This document shows, piece after piece, positions 1 to 15,822 of a DNA stretch of 64,000 bases. Source of the stretch: the human T2T-CHM13v2.0 reference genome, Homo sapiens; NCBI RefSeq assembly GCF_009914755.1, contig NC_060934.1; one strand, written 5' to 3'. Every line of letters begins with the position of its first letter. Within the stretch, counting starts at the first letter, position 1. The notes under the pieces were generated by a model, which was not told where the DNA came from, did no database searches, and saw only the letters and a program-made list of their open reading frames with translations. The translations under genes and the position numbers were made by a program.

Positions 1-305
1 GCAAATCTATATTTTTCTTCCAAGTCCATGGACTTTTCCGTTACTATATATCATGCTCTCTCCCAGTTTAGTTTCTTGTTGGGCTTCTAGTTTGAATATT
101 GTGTTATACGGGTGAATGTTATGTTATATGGATAATAAATACTCAATGTATAATTTCACATGGTACTGGGTCTTAGACTTGTTTAATTAATTCATTAATT
201 CCTAAAGTCTAAAGTTAAATTGAATGAGCTTCTAAGAAAAATGTATGTTAACCTACACCTTTGCTGATTTTGATGCCCATGGAGAAGAGTCTTACCTAGC
301 CACAA

Positions 306-487
306 GGGAGGCTGAGGTAGGAGAATCACTTGAGCCTGGAGGTTGAGGCTGCAGTGAGTCATGATTGTGCCTCTGCACTCCAGCCTGGGCAAGAGTGAGA
401 CCCTGTCTCAAGGAAACAAAACAAAACAAAACAAAACAAAACAAAACAAAACAAAACAAAAAACAAAACAAAAAACAAAACAAAACA
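306..487 (+). mobile_element. Old Alu partial monomer (AluJ/FLAM-like) whose tail has become an (AAAAC)n microsatellite
   Basis: gggaggctgagg...cactccagcctgggc...ctgtctca, followed by an AAAAC array at about 416-487. Confidence 0.85.
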
Positions 488-1122
488 GAAGAGCAATTGA
501 ACTATATATCAAAAGGGTTTAAAATATCAGTTCTTGGAACTAGTGCCAAGTCATAGAGAAGTTTTCATTGGCCTTCTGTTAAATTAGACAAATCCAGAAA
601 ATTTAGTGAGTTCTTCATAAAGTTGAATTTATTCACTTTAACACATTGTATTATTCTGAAATTAAATATTTCTACATTTGATGTTAAAATATAATTTTTC
701 AAATTACGTTGTAATTAGAATATGGTTTTCTTTTTGCTCTTCACAAAATCAAAACAATTCTCTTATTTTTGTTGAAATTTTGGTAGTCTGTTGAATGAAA
801 AGATTGAGAAATATTGACTAGACCTCTAAAGCCATACTCAGAAAGAGGAGTATATAAATCTATAACATAAAAATAGTAACTCTGCTATTTACTCTTATCT
901 ACTAATATTATAATAAACTGCATAAGAATAATCTGGTGAATGCTGCCAGAAATGTCAAGTTAAAAAACCAAAAAGGATGAAAAGTTTAAAAGTCTGATAA
1001 AAAACTTACTGTTCTTAATATATATTAAAGAATTTCCAAGTAAGATGGTACTTTTGGGCATGAGCATCAAACTATCCCCTCCATAAGACCTGGGCCAAAA
1101 TGAGTAAGAAATGAAAATAGAG

Positions 1123-1492
<370 letters not shown>

Positions 1493-3414
1493 TCAACATT
1501 ATACTCCCTGAGTAATATGTGTCATATAATTTATCCATGGAATCCCATTGTAAAAGTTTGTATTCCTCCTCCTCCTCAGAAAATCACACAGTATTGCAGG
1601 AAAAATAGTAAAGAAGCTCTTGGAAGATCTGTGCTGTCACCCTGTGATTGGATAGAGTGAAGGATGGACAGCTAGCAACTTCACTTGGAATTTTCCTTGT
1701 TGCCATGGATTAATAATTATTGAAAGCAGATATGCTAGGGGCCACAGAAAGTGAAGCTTTATCTCCTGATGGTAATGAGGCTTACCTCTAAAGTGGTAAG
1801 ACACTTCTCCATGGGAATCAGCAATTCAAGGGAAGAATTCAAACTTAGTTACAAATTGTAACTGGAAGAAAAAGTCAGACCAGGCAGAATACTGGTAGTA
1901 GAAAGCCAGCCCCTGATTAGTAGATTAACCAAACCAAGAGAATAAACTAATATGAAGTTTCTTTGCTGTGATTCTCCATATCTCTAGTTCTTTTTTCTCT
2001 TCACAGACTTTAAAGTCTCTTAACTAGAAAAATGAAACTTATGTAACTACCCCTTCAGATTAAAATCTAAGAGGAAAATTTTAATAGCATCCTCTTGTAG
2101 GAAAAGAGGAGATTTAAGTAGGATCCATCAATCCTATGCTAGACCTAAAAACAAGAAGTTTCTAGGTCTTCCATATGATGAAAAAACAAAATGAGACCTA
2201 CCTAAGAAAAAACAAAATGAGACCTATCTATGAAACAATTCTACAGAGAAATAGGTGGAGGAAAATTTACCAATAAGAGTCAGAAAAATGACAATTCTGT
2301 GTTTTTTTAACAGTAAAACTAAATTTTATAGATTCTGATTTGTGTTCTCAATAAAATTCAAGATTGGGTTTAATGAAACAAAGATGAAAGATTAGTTAAG
2401 ATAATAAACTAATATATAAAGAGACGTAATTGAGAACAGGAGAGAACATTAGAAAATTAATAATGTTATACTAATTTTAAAATTCCATTAGTAGCAAAGA
2501 GTGGAAGCCACACTGGAAGAAAATCAGAGAGATGGGAGAAACACTTAGAATTTTTCTTTCAGAATGTAAAGGAAAAGATACAGATGAAAATAAATGATGA
2601 TATACATGGAGGACAGAAACAGATCCAATATACAGATACTGGTGGTTCCCAAAGAACCAAACTGAATAATCAAGCCTTTATTCATGTATCGGAACAATAC
2701 AAGCAAGAGACAAAAAGAAGGCCCCAGTGTTTAATTTCTTCCCACAGAACTGCACCAGGCAGGAGTCAGGTGGATGTAATGAAAATGGTTGTGGTGGTGG
2801 TGGTGGTGGTGGAATCATTGCTAAGGAGGAGTTAGAGTGGAGAAAAATGCCTCAGCCAATCCACCCTACCCCGCTTTAAGAAAGTGTTGGCAGAGGTGTC
2901 CTATAGGGAAGAGGTACCTGGGCTAGGGAATGCAGTTCATTTTTTAATAAAAATTTAAAAATTGCTCTAAAATCTTAAAGTATGCCATGAGAAATTAAAA
3001 GTAAAAGTATTTCAGTTTCTTCATTTTACATATGGAAGGTTTGATAAGTATTTTTTCACTCTTGATATTGGAGAAAAATAACTTCTAGTAAAAGATGGGA
3101 TTTATAACTTCCAAATTACGGTAGAAAAGAGATTTCAAAGAAAATACCGTCCATATAGTGAAAGACAGAAACTAAGGAAAAACAAGGAATGTAAAAAATA
3201 ATATCTCATAGAAAAGAAGAAGCAATGTAAGTTAAATACTCCTAATAAAAGGCAAAAATACTCAAATTTAGCCAATATAAAAGATGCACCTAAAAAGTTA
3301 CTTTAAAAAGATTTAAAGCAAAAAGTGAAATAAGATGGAGAACTAACAATTATTCCACATGCATACAAATTAAAATAAAGCAGGATGCAAAAGTATTTCA
3401 AGATGTAATTAATA

Positions 3415-3832
3415 TAGGTCTCAGTCTATTTTCTGTTGGTATAACTGAATACCCAAGACTGGGTAATTCATTAAAAAAAGAAATTTACTTCTTGTAGTTC
3501 AGGAAGCTGAGAAGTCCAAGGTGGAGGGCCTCTACCTAGCTGGCTTCTGGTGAGGGTCGTGTGCTGTGTCACAGTGTGGTAGAGAAGCAAGGCAAGCAAA
3601 CATCCAAAGAAACATGCACTAGAGGCTGGGCTAACTTTATAACGACACTCTTTCTCTGAAACTAGTCCGCTTTCTGCTAGGGTGAGAACTCACTCCCATG
3701 AGATGGCATTAATCTATTGATGAGAGCAGAGTCCCCATGATTCAAACACTTCCCACTAAGGCCTCACTTCCCAATGCTGCCACCTTGGGGACCAAGCCTC
3801 AACATGAGTTTTGATGGGGACAAACCATAGCA
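3415..3832 (-). mobile_element. MaLR LTR (MST/MLT1A-like)
   Basis: Motifs ctgggtaatt, gctgagaagtccaagg, ggcattaatctatt and caacatgagttttg...caaaccatagca. Confidence 0.7.
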
Positions 3833-5827
3833 ATATATTATACTTATTAAGTAAGATAAACTGGTCATTTTTAATTTAAAAAGCTGTAATCCCTAATGAA
3901 GACATAACTCTCAAGTACATATACCTCACACTATGGCATCAAGATATGTAAAGCAAACATTTGAGACACATAAGGAGAAATTAGCTGAAACACAATGGTA
4001 GAAGAAAACCTCAAGAAGGCAAAAACAAAATAAGGGGAGTATCTGAATAGTTTTCCTTTTGTGAATCATGCTTTTAAGTCAGAACTCTTTGCTTAATCCT
4101 AGTTCCCAATGATTTTCTCCTTTTATTTCCCTAAAACATTTATTGCTTCATGTTTTACAGGTTTTGATCTATTTTGAGCTAACTTTTGTGTAAAATGGGA
4201 GGTTTAGGTCAAGATTCACTTTTTGCTCTTCTAAGATAAAATAAGATTTTAATTTTTGCCTATTGAGATATATATATATGTTTTAAATAACAGTATATAG
4301 AATTGGTAAGGGTGCAAAAAATGCGCACCCTAAAACTGTAATTGGGAATACAGATTGGTAAAAACCAATATGATTCAACATTTGCACTTCTTGGGATTTC
4401 TTCAAAGATAAAAAAATAGATATGCCCCCAAATGTACTTAGAATAGTGTTGATTAAAGTCTTATTGCAGGAAAACACTGGAAACAATCTAAATGGATGAC
4501 TGATTAATAGAATAGAATACAAAAAGATTGCAATTATATGTAGCCATGTGAAAATGTGCATGATAAATTATTAAATAAAAAATAGGTTACAAAACAATAT
4601 GTAAATGTTATTAATAAAGTGATATTTGTTTTTTCCTAAAAGTTCCAACAATGTTCAATGTTACCACTAAGAGTATTTTTATTTTGAGAGTTTATTGTAA
4701 AGCAGAGAATAGTTTTGGTGTTTTGTTGTGGTTACTATTTTGAGTTTTATTACTATCTTAATTAGTTTTCCTTTCACTGAATTTTAAAGTATTACAATAT
4801 TTCAAAGTTGTTTTTAATGAAGAGGAAAGCAGTTTTCCCTCAGCATACTGCATCTCTGACTTTGTAATGGAAGTTATTAAAACATACATTTGTTTAAACA
4901 CACATACACGTAATTACAATTATAAAATAGTTGTATCTATTCTTTGTTAGAGGCTTTTTAATCACTAAAACTTTAGGAAGGAAATAAAACATGAGAAAGT
5001 TGCTCTTGACTGCTACTTTTAAGGGAGGTGAACCTAAAACCTACAATTTGTTTCTTAGAAAAATGGCTTAAGGCTTATTATTTAAACTAACTACCATCAT
5101 TACCTTTGCAAACACTCTTTATTTCGATGGAGTCATTTAGGCCCTCTTAGCTACTGTAACTAAGATTTTAGTTTGGCTTTTATTGTAGCACTCAAGGAAA
5201 GATATTATGTAGAAGAAAAATTATTCATTGTTTTCAAGGCAAAACTGGTGGGACTAAGGAGCAATGGTGCCCAGAATATGATCAAAACAAGGAAGACTTC
5301 AATAAGTTAGATATGTTCTATTACAGTATTTGCCAGAGCACATCTGGTTTATTAAGAGACTATTTTAATTCTTATTTCAGATAAAACTGCTTTTTTGGAT
5401 TAATCAAATTGGGGTATCCACTTCATGCAGTAATCTTGAAAGCCAAGTAACTTTTTTTACTGATTTATCTTTCATAGAGGTAAATACTTTACAAATCTCA
5501 GATTCTAAGGAATTTAGTTAAAATAAGAACTTTGATAGTTAGTTTGTCTCAGTATGAAGCTATTAAAAGAGAAATATTATGTGGTTATATGTGTATATTG
5601 TATATTCATCAGGTAAATACACATGTATACATCTATAACGAGAAGAGAATTATTATGGTGAATGATTTCTATTGTGTAATATGGCCCTAAATTAGAATAA
5701 TAATTGTAATTAGTAGTGTTTGTTTAAAATCGACTTTTTAATTCTTGAGAGAGAAGGGGAAGAAAAGAAAAAATATGGAAGTGTGAGTAATCTCTACTAC
5801 GGAATAGATAATTTATAGAATATATTT

Positions 5828-6263
5828 TTAAAAGAAAAACCTCAGCCAAATTAAATTTAAAGTTTAAATGAGCAATGGATGATTCGTGAATCGGGCAGCC
5901 TCCAGAATCACAGCAGATTCAGAGAGTCTCCAGGGATGCCATGTGGTCAGAACAAATTCATAGACAAAAAAAATAAATAAATAAAAGGAAGTGACATACA
6001 GAAATCAGAAGTGAGGTACAGAAACAACTGGATTGGTTACTGCTCAGCATTTGCGTTACTTGAACAGTTTGAACACTCAGCAGTGTGTGAGTGGTTGAAG
6101 TATGGCTGCTGGGACTGGCCAAGACTCAGCCATTGTTACAGGCGCATACTCTTAGTTAGGTTTTCAGTCTTGTTTACCTATTAAGTTAGGTTTCAGTTCA
6201 TCCACAAGGACTCAAATATAGAATTATGGAGTCTTTCTCAGGCCATATTTAGTTTGCTTTAAC
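5828..6263 (-). mobile_element. ERV1 solo LTR, MER57-like
   Basis: Minus strand begins TGTTAAAGCAAACTAAATATGGCCTGAG and ends TTTAATTTGGCTGAGGTTTTTCTTT, matching the recalled MER57 consensus. Confidence 0.7.
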
Positions 6264-6453
6264 AATATTGACAATAATTTACTGATACGTAGAAATTCAT
6301 AAATTCACCACAACAACACTGGTTTTTTTATGCATAGATTGAGGTATGTGACTTTGAAGGTAGGTGTAAAATGGGCTTATTATCCTTTTGTACACTTAAA
6401 ATGTTTTAGTGAGTCTAAATCCTTTCAAGTTTCTCTTGATACAGAGCTTATGA

Positions 6454-7310
<857 letters not shown>

Positions 7311-7499
7311 CAGGCAGTAAAGGGTTAAATAAGAAAGCAGGAGATAAAGCACATTTTTAAAAAATATAAATACATGGTAAACATTAGAAGAAAAAAACAA
7401 TTTTTTTCCTAAATACTTAAAGAAATGAGAGGAAAAGTAAACCAAAGAAAACCCAGGTAGAGGAAGACACACAAGCACAACATAATGCACACAGTAATT

Positions 7500-8390
7500 G
7501 AAACATAAATATGATACATTTGAGAAAAACATCAGTAATATTAGTAAATGTAGACAGGCCTAATTCACCTATTATAAGTAGAAAAATCATTTTTAAATTT
7601 GCCCCTCAAGGAAAAAAATCCAACTGTTTGCTCTATAAAAGAGAGATACCTAAAACGTGGTGATTCAGAAGGCTAAAAAAAGTCAAGGAGAGAAGCTATG
7701 CAAAGCAAATAGAAGTAAGAAAGCAGGAGTTGCCATCCTGATAACCAGACAAGAATTCCAGCCAAAAACACAAAGAAAGACACTTTTAGATGATAAAAGC
7801 CATAATTCACAGTGAAAGTACAGCACTTAATATTTATGAACCAAGTTATAAAGCACTCACATTTAAAAGCAGAAGCTATAGGAGATGGAAGGACACATGA
7901 TATTGAAGTATCATGGTGATAAAAGATTTAACACAGTACTTTCAGTCCGAGACAGCTAAAATGGACAAAAATGAGGAAAACATACTAAAGAATTTAATTG
8001 ATAGATCTTACAAATCTATCTCTATCTACATTTATACCTATACCTTTAATCCCTGATAGTAGAGAATGTACCACATATGGAACATTCACAAAAATAAATC
8101 AAATATTAATTCACAAAGCATCACTAAATTTCATAAAGTAGAACAATTACAGACAACACTTCGATCGTATGCAGTAAGTAAAGCTGGAAATTGATAGCAA
8201 AATAAAAAAATTAAAATGTACCTCCACCTTGGGGGGAAAAGTTCTATTAATAAAGTCTTGAGTGTAAGAGGAAACAAAACTGAAATTACAGAATTTCTTT
8301 TTTAAAAATTATGAAAACCCTATGTGTTAGAATCTAAGATATGCCTAAAGTACTGTGAGAGAAAGAGGATAGGTTGAAACATTTATTACC
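7500..8390 (+). mobile_element. Degenerate old L1 (L1M), ORF2 endonuclease region
   Basis: A-rich. Motifs aaatgtagac...aattcacctatta, gaaagcaggagttgccatcctgataaccagacaa and cacatatggaacattcacaaaaata resemble the 5' part of L1 ORF2. Confidence 0.65.
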
Positions 8391-8402
8391 AATGGGGGGC
8401 AA

Positions 8403-8441
8403 AAACACCGCATGTTCTCACTCATAGGTGGGAATTGAACA
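8403..8441 (+). mobile_element. 39-bp internal fragment of a young L1PA (ORF2 end / 3' UTR start)
   Basis: AAACACCGCATGTTCTCACTCATAGGTGGGAATTGAACA matches the recalled L1PA consensus. No polyA tail or TSD. Confidence 0.8.
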
Positions 8442-10570
8442 GGATGGCACTTTATTCCTAAACACTAAATTGTATATTTCATTAGAAAAATATTCTCTTA
8501 CACAACCAAAGTATAATGATCAAAATCAGAAAATTACGACTACCTAAGTAAGAAAGTTGCATAAAAGTTAATCTAGTGGTTTTGTTAAGAACTAGTTAAT
8601 CTAGTGGTTTTGTGATGAGTAGCTTGAAAATGAAGATTTTTAATATAACAAATTCTTTCTAGGCTTGAGCTTTATATTGTTCCCAATGGGAAAAATATAA
8701 TTTGAGCAAAGGTTTTCGCTTATAATAACAGTAACATTTTTTCTCTCGAATTTTAACAATCAGAATGAAAAAATCCAAAAAACAAAGTATTATGTTCTGT
8801 GAAATAATCATTTGTGACTTTAAGGTTGAAGAAGATAACGATAGTGGAAGTTTAAATGCAAAAAATATTAATAGTATCTTAGATAGTGTTACTATATTGA
8901 AGTTGTGTTTCCATTAAATTGAATCAAATGCAAAATAGCTTTATTTTTATCTACATGATCCTAAATAACAATTGTAACTATTTTTTTTCACTCAGTTGTG
9001 AAATTATGTGGACATAGTTATAATGCAGATGATTTCTACAAAAATTCTACTATCAGAGTTCAGAAAGTTTTTCGTTACTATTACTGATGTTTAAAGACAA
9101 GTGGGACAGATTAATGGGTTGAAATGTGAGCTTTTCAAAATAGTACAAAATTACTAATTGCTATTGTTTGAGTGTTTTTTGCCTTTCCTTTTCCCAAGGC
9201 CATTATAAGGATTTCACTTGATTTCTTCCCTGCTCTTAACTTTTGAAAAGCTTTAAGCTAGAAGTAATTTGGGGATTCTATGCGACCTGATGGGGAGGAA
9301 AGTAAAGGTGAAGTAGTTTTTCCAGGAGTTTTGTGGAGAGGAAATGTGGAGAAATGGGACTGTGAAGAAAGTACATAGGAGAAGAAAAAAGGATTTTTAA
9401 AAGTATTGTTCAAGAAATAAAATCAAATAACTTATTTTAAAATTAGTTTTTGATTGCCTTTGAGTTCCTCTGGCTACAACGCAGCTTCAGATGAGACAAC
9501 ATGGGTCAAAGATTTAATGAAGTTGGGAACTGTCAAAAAGTTTGTATCAATGACTGTCATGGAAATGTAGGGGAGGAGAAAACAATCTAATCTGGAAATG
9601 GAAGGTATTACCACAAGGTGAACATTCACTGTTGTTTTTTTGTTGAATAACATTTTATTATGTTAAGGAACGAGTTAAGTAATTGATTTATGGCCTAACA
9701 TTTTTTCTTATTTGAATAACATTTTTTTTTTCTCTCTTGAGGCATTGAACATTATGTTGGCCTGGGGAAAGGGAATGTAGAAAAAAATGGGGTAAAATTT
9801 GATTCTAATATGTCTTTCCTATATGTAAAACAAACTTGACATGTTTGTATTTTCTTTTTGTCCTATGAGCCATCAAATCCTGCTCTATACTGTTAGCCAA
9901 ATTGTTAGCATTTTCCCTAAGTGGAAGTGTAATCTTTAAAGTAACTAGTTGTCATATAAATTCTTCAAGATTTTAATATCAGTCACTATGGCAGTCATCT
10001 TTTTTCTTTTAGCCTTATTTGTTATTTCAGCTCTCAAAATTAAATTCATCAAGGTTCCACAGATAAAACATTTCTAGAGTTATCCTTAACATAGTAACTT
10101 GTAAGTGAACGGTCTTCAGTATTATTTGTATATGTAGTAAAACCATTACATGCTGTTTCTCTATATAATGCTTCCAAAATGAAAGAGGAGGGGGAATTTT
10201 TATAGACTGTCACTGCTAGGTCATGGACTTTTAAAGAAATGTTTCCTTCATTTGGATGGGCCCTTTCATTATCAACATGTCTATGAAAGTATCTGGCTTA
10301 AAACACCTGATATTACTTTAGAGCAAAATTGATTGGTCATGTAGAAAAATAGGCTCTTGAGGTTTTTTAGAGGGAACCTAACCATATAAAACTAACATGT
10401 CATAGATTAGAAAGATAGAGTGTCAGTGTTTTTGTGTTCACTCTGTGAAAACAAATTGGAAACATAAATGGAAAAAGTAAAGATGATAAGGAGTAAGTCA
10501 TCTCTACTTTTTATTGGTAATAAATCCATTAATTGGAAATAAATTGGAAAATCCATTAATTGGAAATTAA

Positions 10571-10816
<246 letters not shown>

Positions 10817-12612
10817 TAATTTGCATCTTAAAACTTTCTAAGTATGAGGACATTTTAAAAGAACGAATAATATTCTATTAATGGCTTATGTGATGTATTT
10901 GACTTGGGAAAAAATAAAGATTATATGTAACTCTAAAACCCTATCATTCTAATAAGTTTTGTAAGAAAATGAAATGCCATGCTTTTTGTTAGAAGATAAT
11001 TTTCAAAAAAAGGTAAAATCATGACTATCATCTAGATGTAAAAATTAGTTTACCTTAAAGATTTTATTTAACTTATTAACGAGGAAACCGATGAGGTGTT
11101 ATAACCAGTTCAAAGGGAAATCCAAAGAAAAGACTCATTTGTAGATACAGGTGTAAACTGGTATGGAAGTCCTGATGGGAGGGGTGAAGAGGAGGGTTGT
11201 CCTCCACTGAACATAATTTATTTGTATGTATTTAGACAAGAAGAACTGAATTGTTACTAGTTTCTACAAATTACAGAATTGTAAAATGGCTTCCATAACA
11301 CAGACAGATGGCCAGAAGAGGGTGCTATGTGCAATGCATAGTTTTCCACTGAAGCACACTTTTTTTTCTATAACTGCCAAACAAGGAATCTGATGCAGTT
11401 TATAAACTTCAAGGTATTTTAAAAACACTTTAGGGCTAAAAATTGCTTTAAGTAGTCTGCTGTCTTTTGCCTTTTGTTTTTTGTTTTGATAATGAAATTT
11501 TTTTGTCTTTTGCTTTTTAGTTTTGAGAATGAAAATTATTAACTTTTAAATGTTTTTAGATATATAACACTTCTCTGATATTTATTCACATATCATATAT
11601 CTTTTCTGATATATCTCTCTTTCCAGAAGTATCTATAGAGAAATTAACAGTTATCTGCTTTAAGCATTCTTTCTTATGTTGCAGTGTTTTCACTGATGAT
11701 GAAAATCTGGTCTATTTTTTAATATTGATATTAAGTTTTAACTTGGTAGATACTTTGGAACTTTCTTACCTTACCTAGAAATATTGCTTTTATTAGATGT
11801 GCGATTATACATACTAAAGATAAGTGAGGATCATACATACTACAGATAAGTGTGAAAGAGGGAGCAAGATTGAGCAGTCATTATTTTTTCTGAGTTCCAG
11901 TTCTGTTTATGCTTTCAGTGATGGATATTCTCTTTGCTGACATTTGCCTTGTTGATATAGCTTTGAAATCTTAAATTTCAAACATTAAATGATGAATTGT
12001 TTGAGATTTGACCCTTTTTCTTCACTCTCCACTTGGAATACCATATCCTTGAAATGTAGTGAATATTCAACTAGCAGATTTAATTAATCACTTTACTAAG
12101 CATTTTTTAGAAATACGTAAACTTTTCTGTGACACATAGACTCTATATTTGAATGAAAGTGAAGCAAAAATTCATATTTTTAGTGTTTTCTCCTTTAACC
12201 TGTAAAATATCAAGTAATGGGCAGCTTTAGTGAAATTATTGGGTAGTATAAGTTAACCAAATATAATATTTTTAATACTATTGAACTTTATCTTTTATGT
12301 CTCTGTTTTTTAAAGTTTTGTCATTTAGTATGAGAATGTTGCATTTTGAGGAGCATATAGTATACAGAAAAGAACACCATATTAGAAATCAAGAAAACTG
12401 GAATCCAAGTACATTTATGTTATTAACAAGCTGTATGACCTCGAACTTGTCTCTTGATAAAGTTGGGCCTTAGTTTTTGCATATAGCAAATAAGAGATTT
12501 AAATATAATAATTGTTAAGTATCTTTAAGCAGAAAAATTCTATTGTCAGTCAGGAACTTAATAAGTTATTCTCCATTGTTTACAGTTGATTAAAGTTATA
12601 CTACTAAATTAA

Positions 12613-12771
12613 CTTCCTCCTTTTCCCTCCTTCCTTCCCTCCCTCCTTCCCTTCTTCCTTCCCTCCTTCTCCCTTCCCTCCTTCCTCCCTTCTCCCTTTT
12701 CTTCTTTCTTCACTTCCTTCGTCCCTCTCTGTCTCCCCTCATTTTTCTCTCTCTCTTCCTTCTTTCATTCC
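12613..12771 (+). repeat. (CCTT)n-like polypyrimidine low-complexity tract abutting a splice acceptor
   Basis: About 160 nt, almost purely C/T. Confidence 0.95.
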
Positions 12772-12774
12772 TAG

Positions 12775-13038
<264 letters not shown>

Positions 13039-14818
13039 TGATATATGTGACATTGGTCATTTTTTGCGTTGTCAGTAGCATTGTGTAACAGAATAAACAA
13101 TGTTGTATTGATTGGAGGAAGCTGAAGTTCTCAGTAGAAAAATCTGAGTAATGGCTTCAAATCATTTTTTTCTATATCCATAGTTTGATTTCTTCAAGAT
13201 GAAAGCTATGCAAATAAAAAGGTATGCAGTTTGAAAATATACTCAGCATAATTTTTTAGCTTCATTTTGAGAGACAGAGCTTTTTTCTCCTTTTTTTTTT
13301 TTTTCCTTTTTCATTTTCACCAGTACTGAAAGACAGAAACTAGGAAAATCCTTCTCTATTTCAGGTGAATGGAGGCAGATCTCAGTGACTGTCCCTAGCA
13401 GAAATGTTACTAGATTTTTCACTGGAGTACTAGAAGACCTTAAGAAAATCTGCATCTAAACTAGTGTCCTGTATACATATGTGTGTCTTTGCTTCACTCG
13501 AAAGTACCTCAAAGCCATTGTTTTGGGAGGTTTGATGTGGAACTGAACCTTAATATTCCATTAGATTGGAAACATTACCATTCATCTCACTCATATATTT
13601 ATTGTTTACTTGTTCATTCAAGAAACAGTCATTTATTGAGCACTTCAGTGTTAATGGGATACCATATCTCTACCTGAGTACTCCTGTCATCCTTTCCTTT
13701 TGTCTTTTAGAAAGAAACTTTGTTTCCTCCTGTTCATCAAGATGACTGTTTCCTATAAAAAACTATAGACAGAGGCTGAATCTACAAGAAACTTAAGCTG
13801 TTCAAAGCTCTTGTTTATCAGAATAATTTAGACTTTTCACATAAGCTTTGTCAATAACCTTGACTCTAAGTTTTGATAAAGCTATTTTGTGTAAGTTGAC
13901 TTTTAATCTGAACATCGAATTCATTCAAAACTAATTAAGCCCATACTGTGAGCTAGGCACTGTACAATGTATTGGAAATAAAATAAAATAGAATGCCACA
14001 GGCTAATCTACTTCTTTTCTAGCCTATGACAGGGTTTAAAACCCTGTGCTTATCCCAATCTTAAAATGCTAATACTTACCATAATAAATCATTATTGTAC
14101 ATATATTTATCTCTTCTCTTAGATTGTCAGTTCTTTGCAAGGAATAATAATATATTTTTTATCTTTTAACTTGATCATCTAATTTTGCATAGTACCTTTT
14201 ACATCATATGTTCTAATCTCAGTACCTGTTTATTGAGCCAATGAAGCAGTGAGTAAACAAACTATGTTGCCATGAGCAATTTAACTAGGTTTCTTCTGTT
14301 TAGAAATTCTTACTAATCTTTATAGGCCAAAATGTTTCCCTAGTTTCTGGTGTAGGAGTTAAACAGCAATTCTTAAACAACTTTCAAAACAAAAAGTGGG
14401 TTAAAAAAAATCAGATTTACTTTGACAGGTGCTTTAGAGTTTCAAGCATCTTGTGTACCCAAGTCTTATGTACTCATTATTATTTTTGCTGTCCAACTTT
14501 TCTATTGATTGCAGATTATAAGCTTCTTTTATTCAGTTTATCAACTGGTTGAAGAAAAGCTAGTATGGTGCTAATGGATATTACTTGGGTTATGAAAATT
14601 TATTTAACTTAATTTTTGTTTCAGTATCTCTAATTTCAAAAAATGGAAAAATGCAAGCAAAGGTATTCTAAGAAACAACCATAAACCATAACAAAAATAT
14701 TTTTGTAGGAAGAAAAATGTGCCACACAGACAATGAATATTTTCTTTTTTAAATGGAATTTCCTATTTATTAAGTTGAATTCCCTAGAGGTGAATTTTAA
14801 TAATCTTCAATTTATTAA

Positions 14819-14998
<180 letters not shown>

Positions 14999-15450
14999 TA
15001 AGATTCAAAAATATATAGTGATTTGTTTTACTAAATATAGTTTCAAATTCTAGGCTCAGGTTTCCCTTGACTCTAGTTTTGTCGAATAGCAATTCTAGAT
15101 TTCTTTTCAAAATAACGATATGGAATTTTATTTTCCAGAAAAATTAAGTAGAAAAAGATCATGGGATTTTTTTCTATTTCACTTAGATTCCTTTCCATAA
15201 TCATTTGTGATACCAGTTCCTGCCCATTTGACTAGAGGATCTTAAACCTGTGGTATTTAGATCGATGAGCATTTCAGGTACACACTCGTCCTGCTGTCTG
15301 CATCATACTGACTACTAATTTTTTCCTCTTTTCATGGGTCTTTTTAAGACATTGAAAATGAGAGTATAAAAGAGTGACTGTTTAATGAAATATTATGGTG
15401 AATCAGGTGGGATTTGCAGACTTCTACCTAAGTAGAAGTCTTTTAGCTGT

Positions 15451-15822
15451 TGTATTAGTGTGTTTTTCAGGCTGCTGATAAAATGTACCCGAGATTGGGC
15501 AATTTAAAAAAGAAAGAAGTTTGTTGGACTTACAGTTCCACATGGCTGGAGAGGCCTCACAATCATGGTGGAAGGCAAGGAGAAGCAAGTCACATCTTAC
15601 ATGGATAGCAACAGGCAAAAAGAGAGCTTGTGCACGGAAACTCCTCTTTTAAAACCATCAGATCTCATGAGACTCATTCACTATCATGAGAACAGCACAG
15701 GAAAGATTTCCCCCTCCCCATAATTCAATCAACTCCCACTGGGTTCCTCCCATGACATGTGGGAATTGTGGGAGTTACAATTCAAGATGAGATTTGGGTG
15801 GGGACACAGCCAAAACATATCA
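15451..15822 (-). mobile_element. THE1 (MaLR) solo LTR with 5-bp TSD GCTGT
   Basis: TG...CA ends and a THE1 body. GCTGT at 15446-15450 and 15823-15827. Confidence 0.9.

Noticed and set aside
2000-4620. A-rich stretches resembling old L1, plus several short MIR-like pieces elsewhere (about 12355, 37170, 43240, 49810, 51965, 52700)
   Set aside because: Probably real repeats, but too degenerate to assign boundaries or family reliably.
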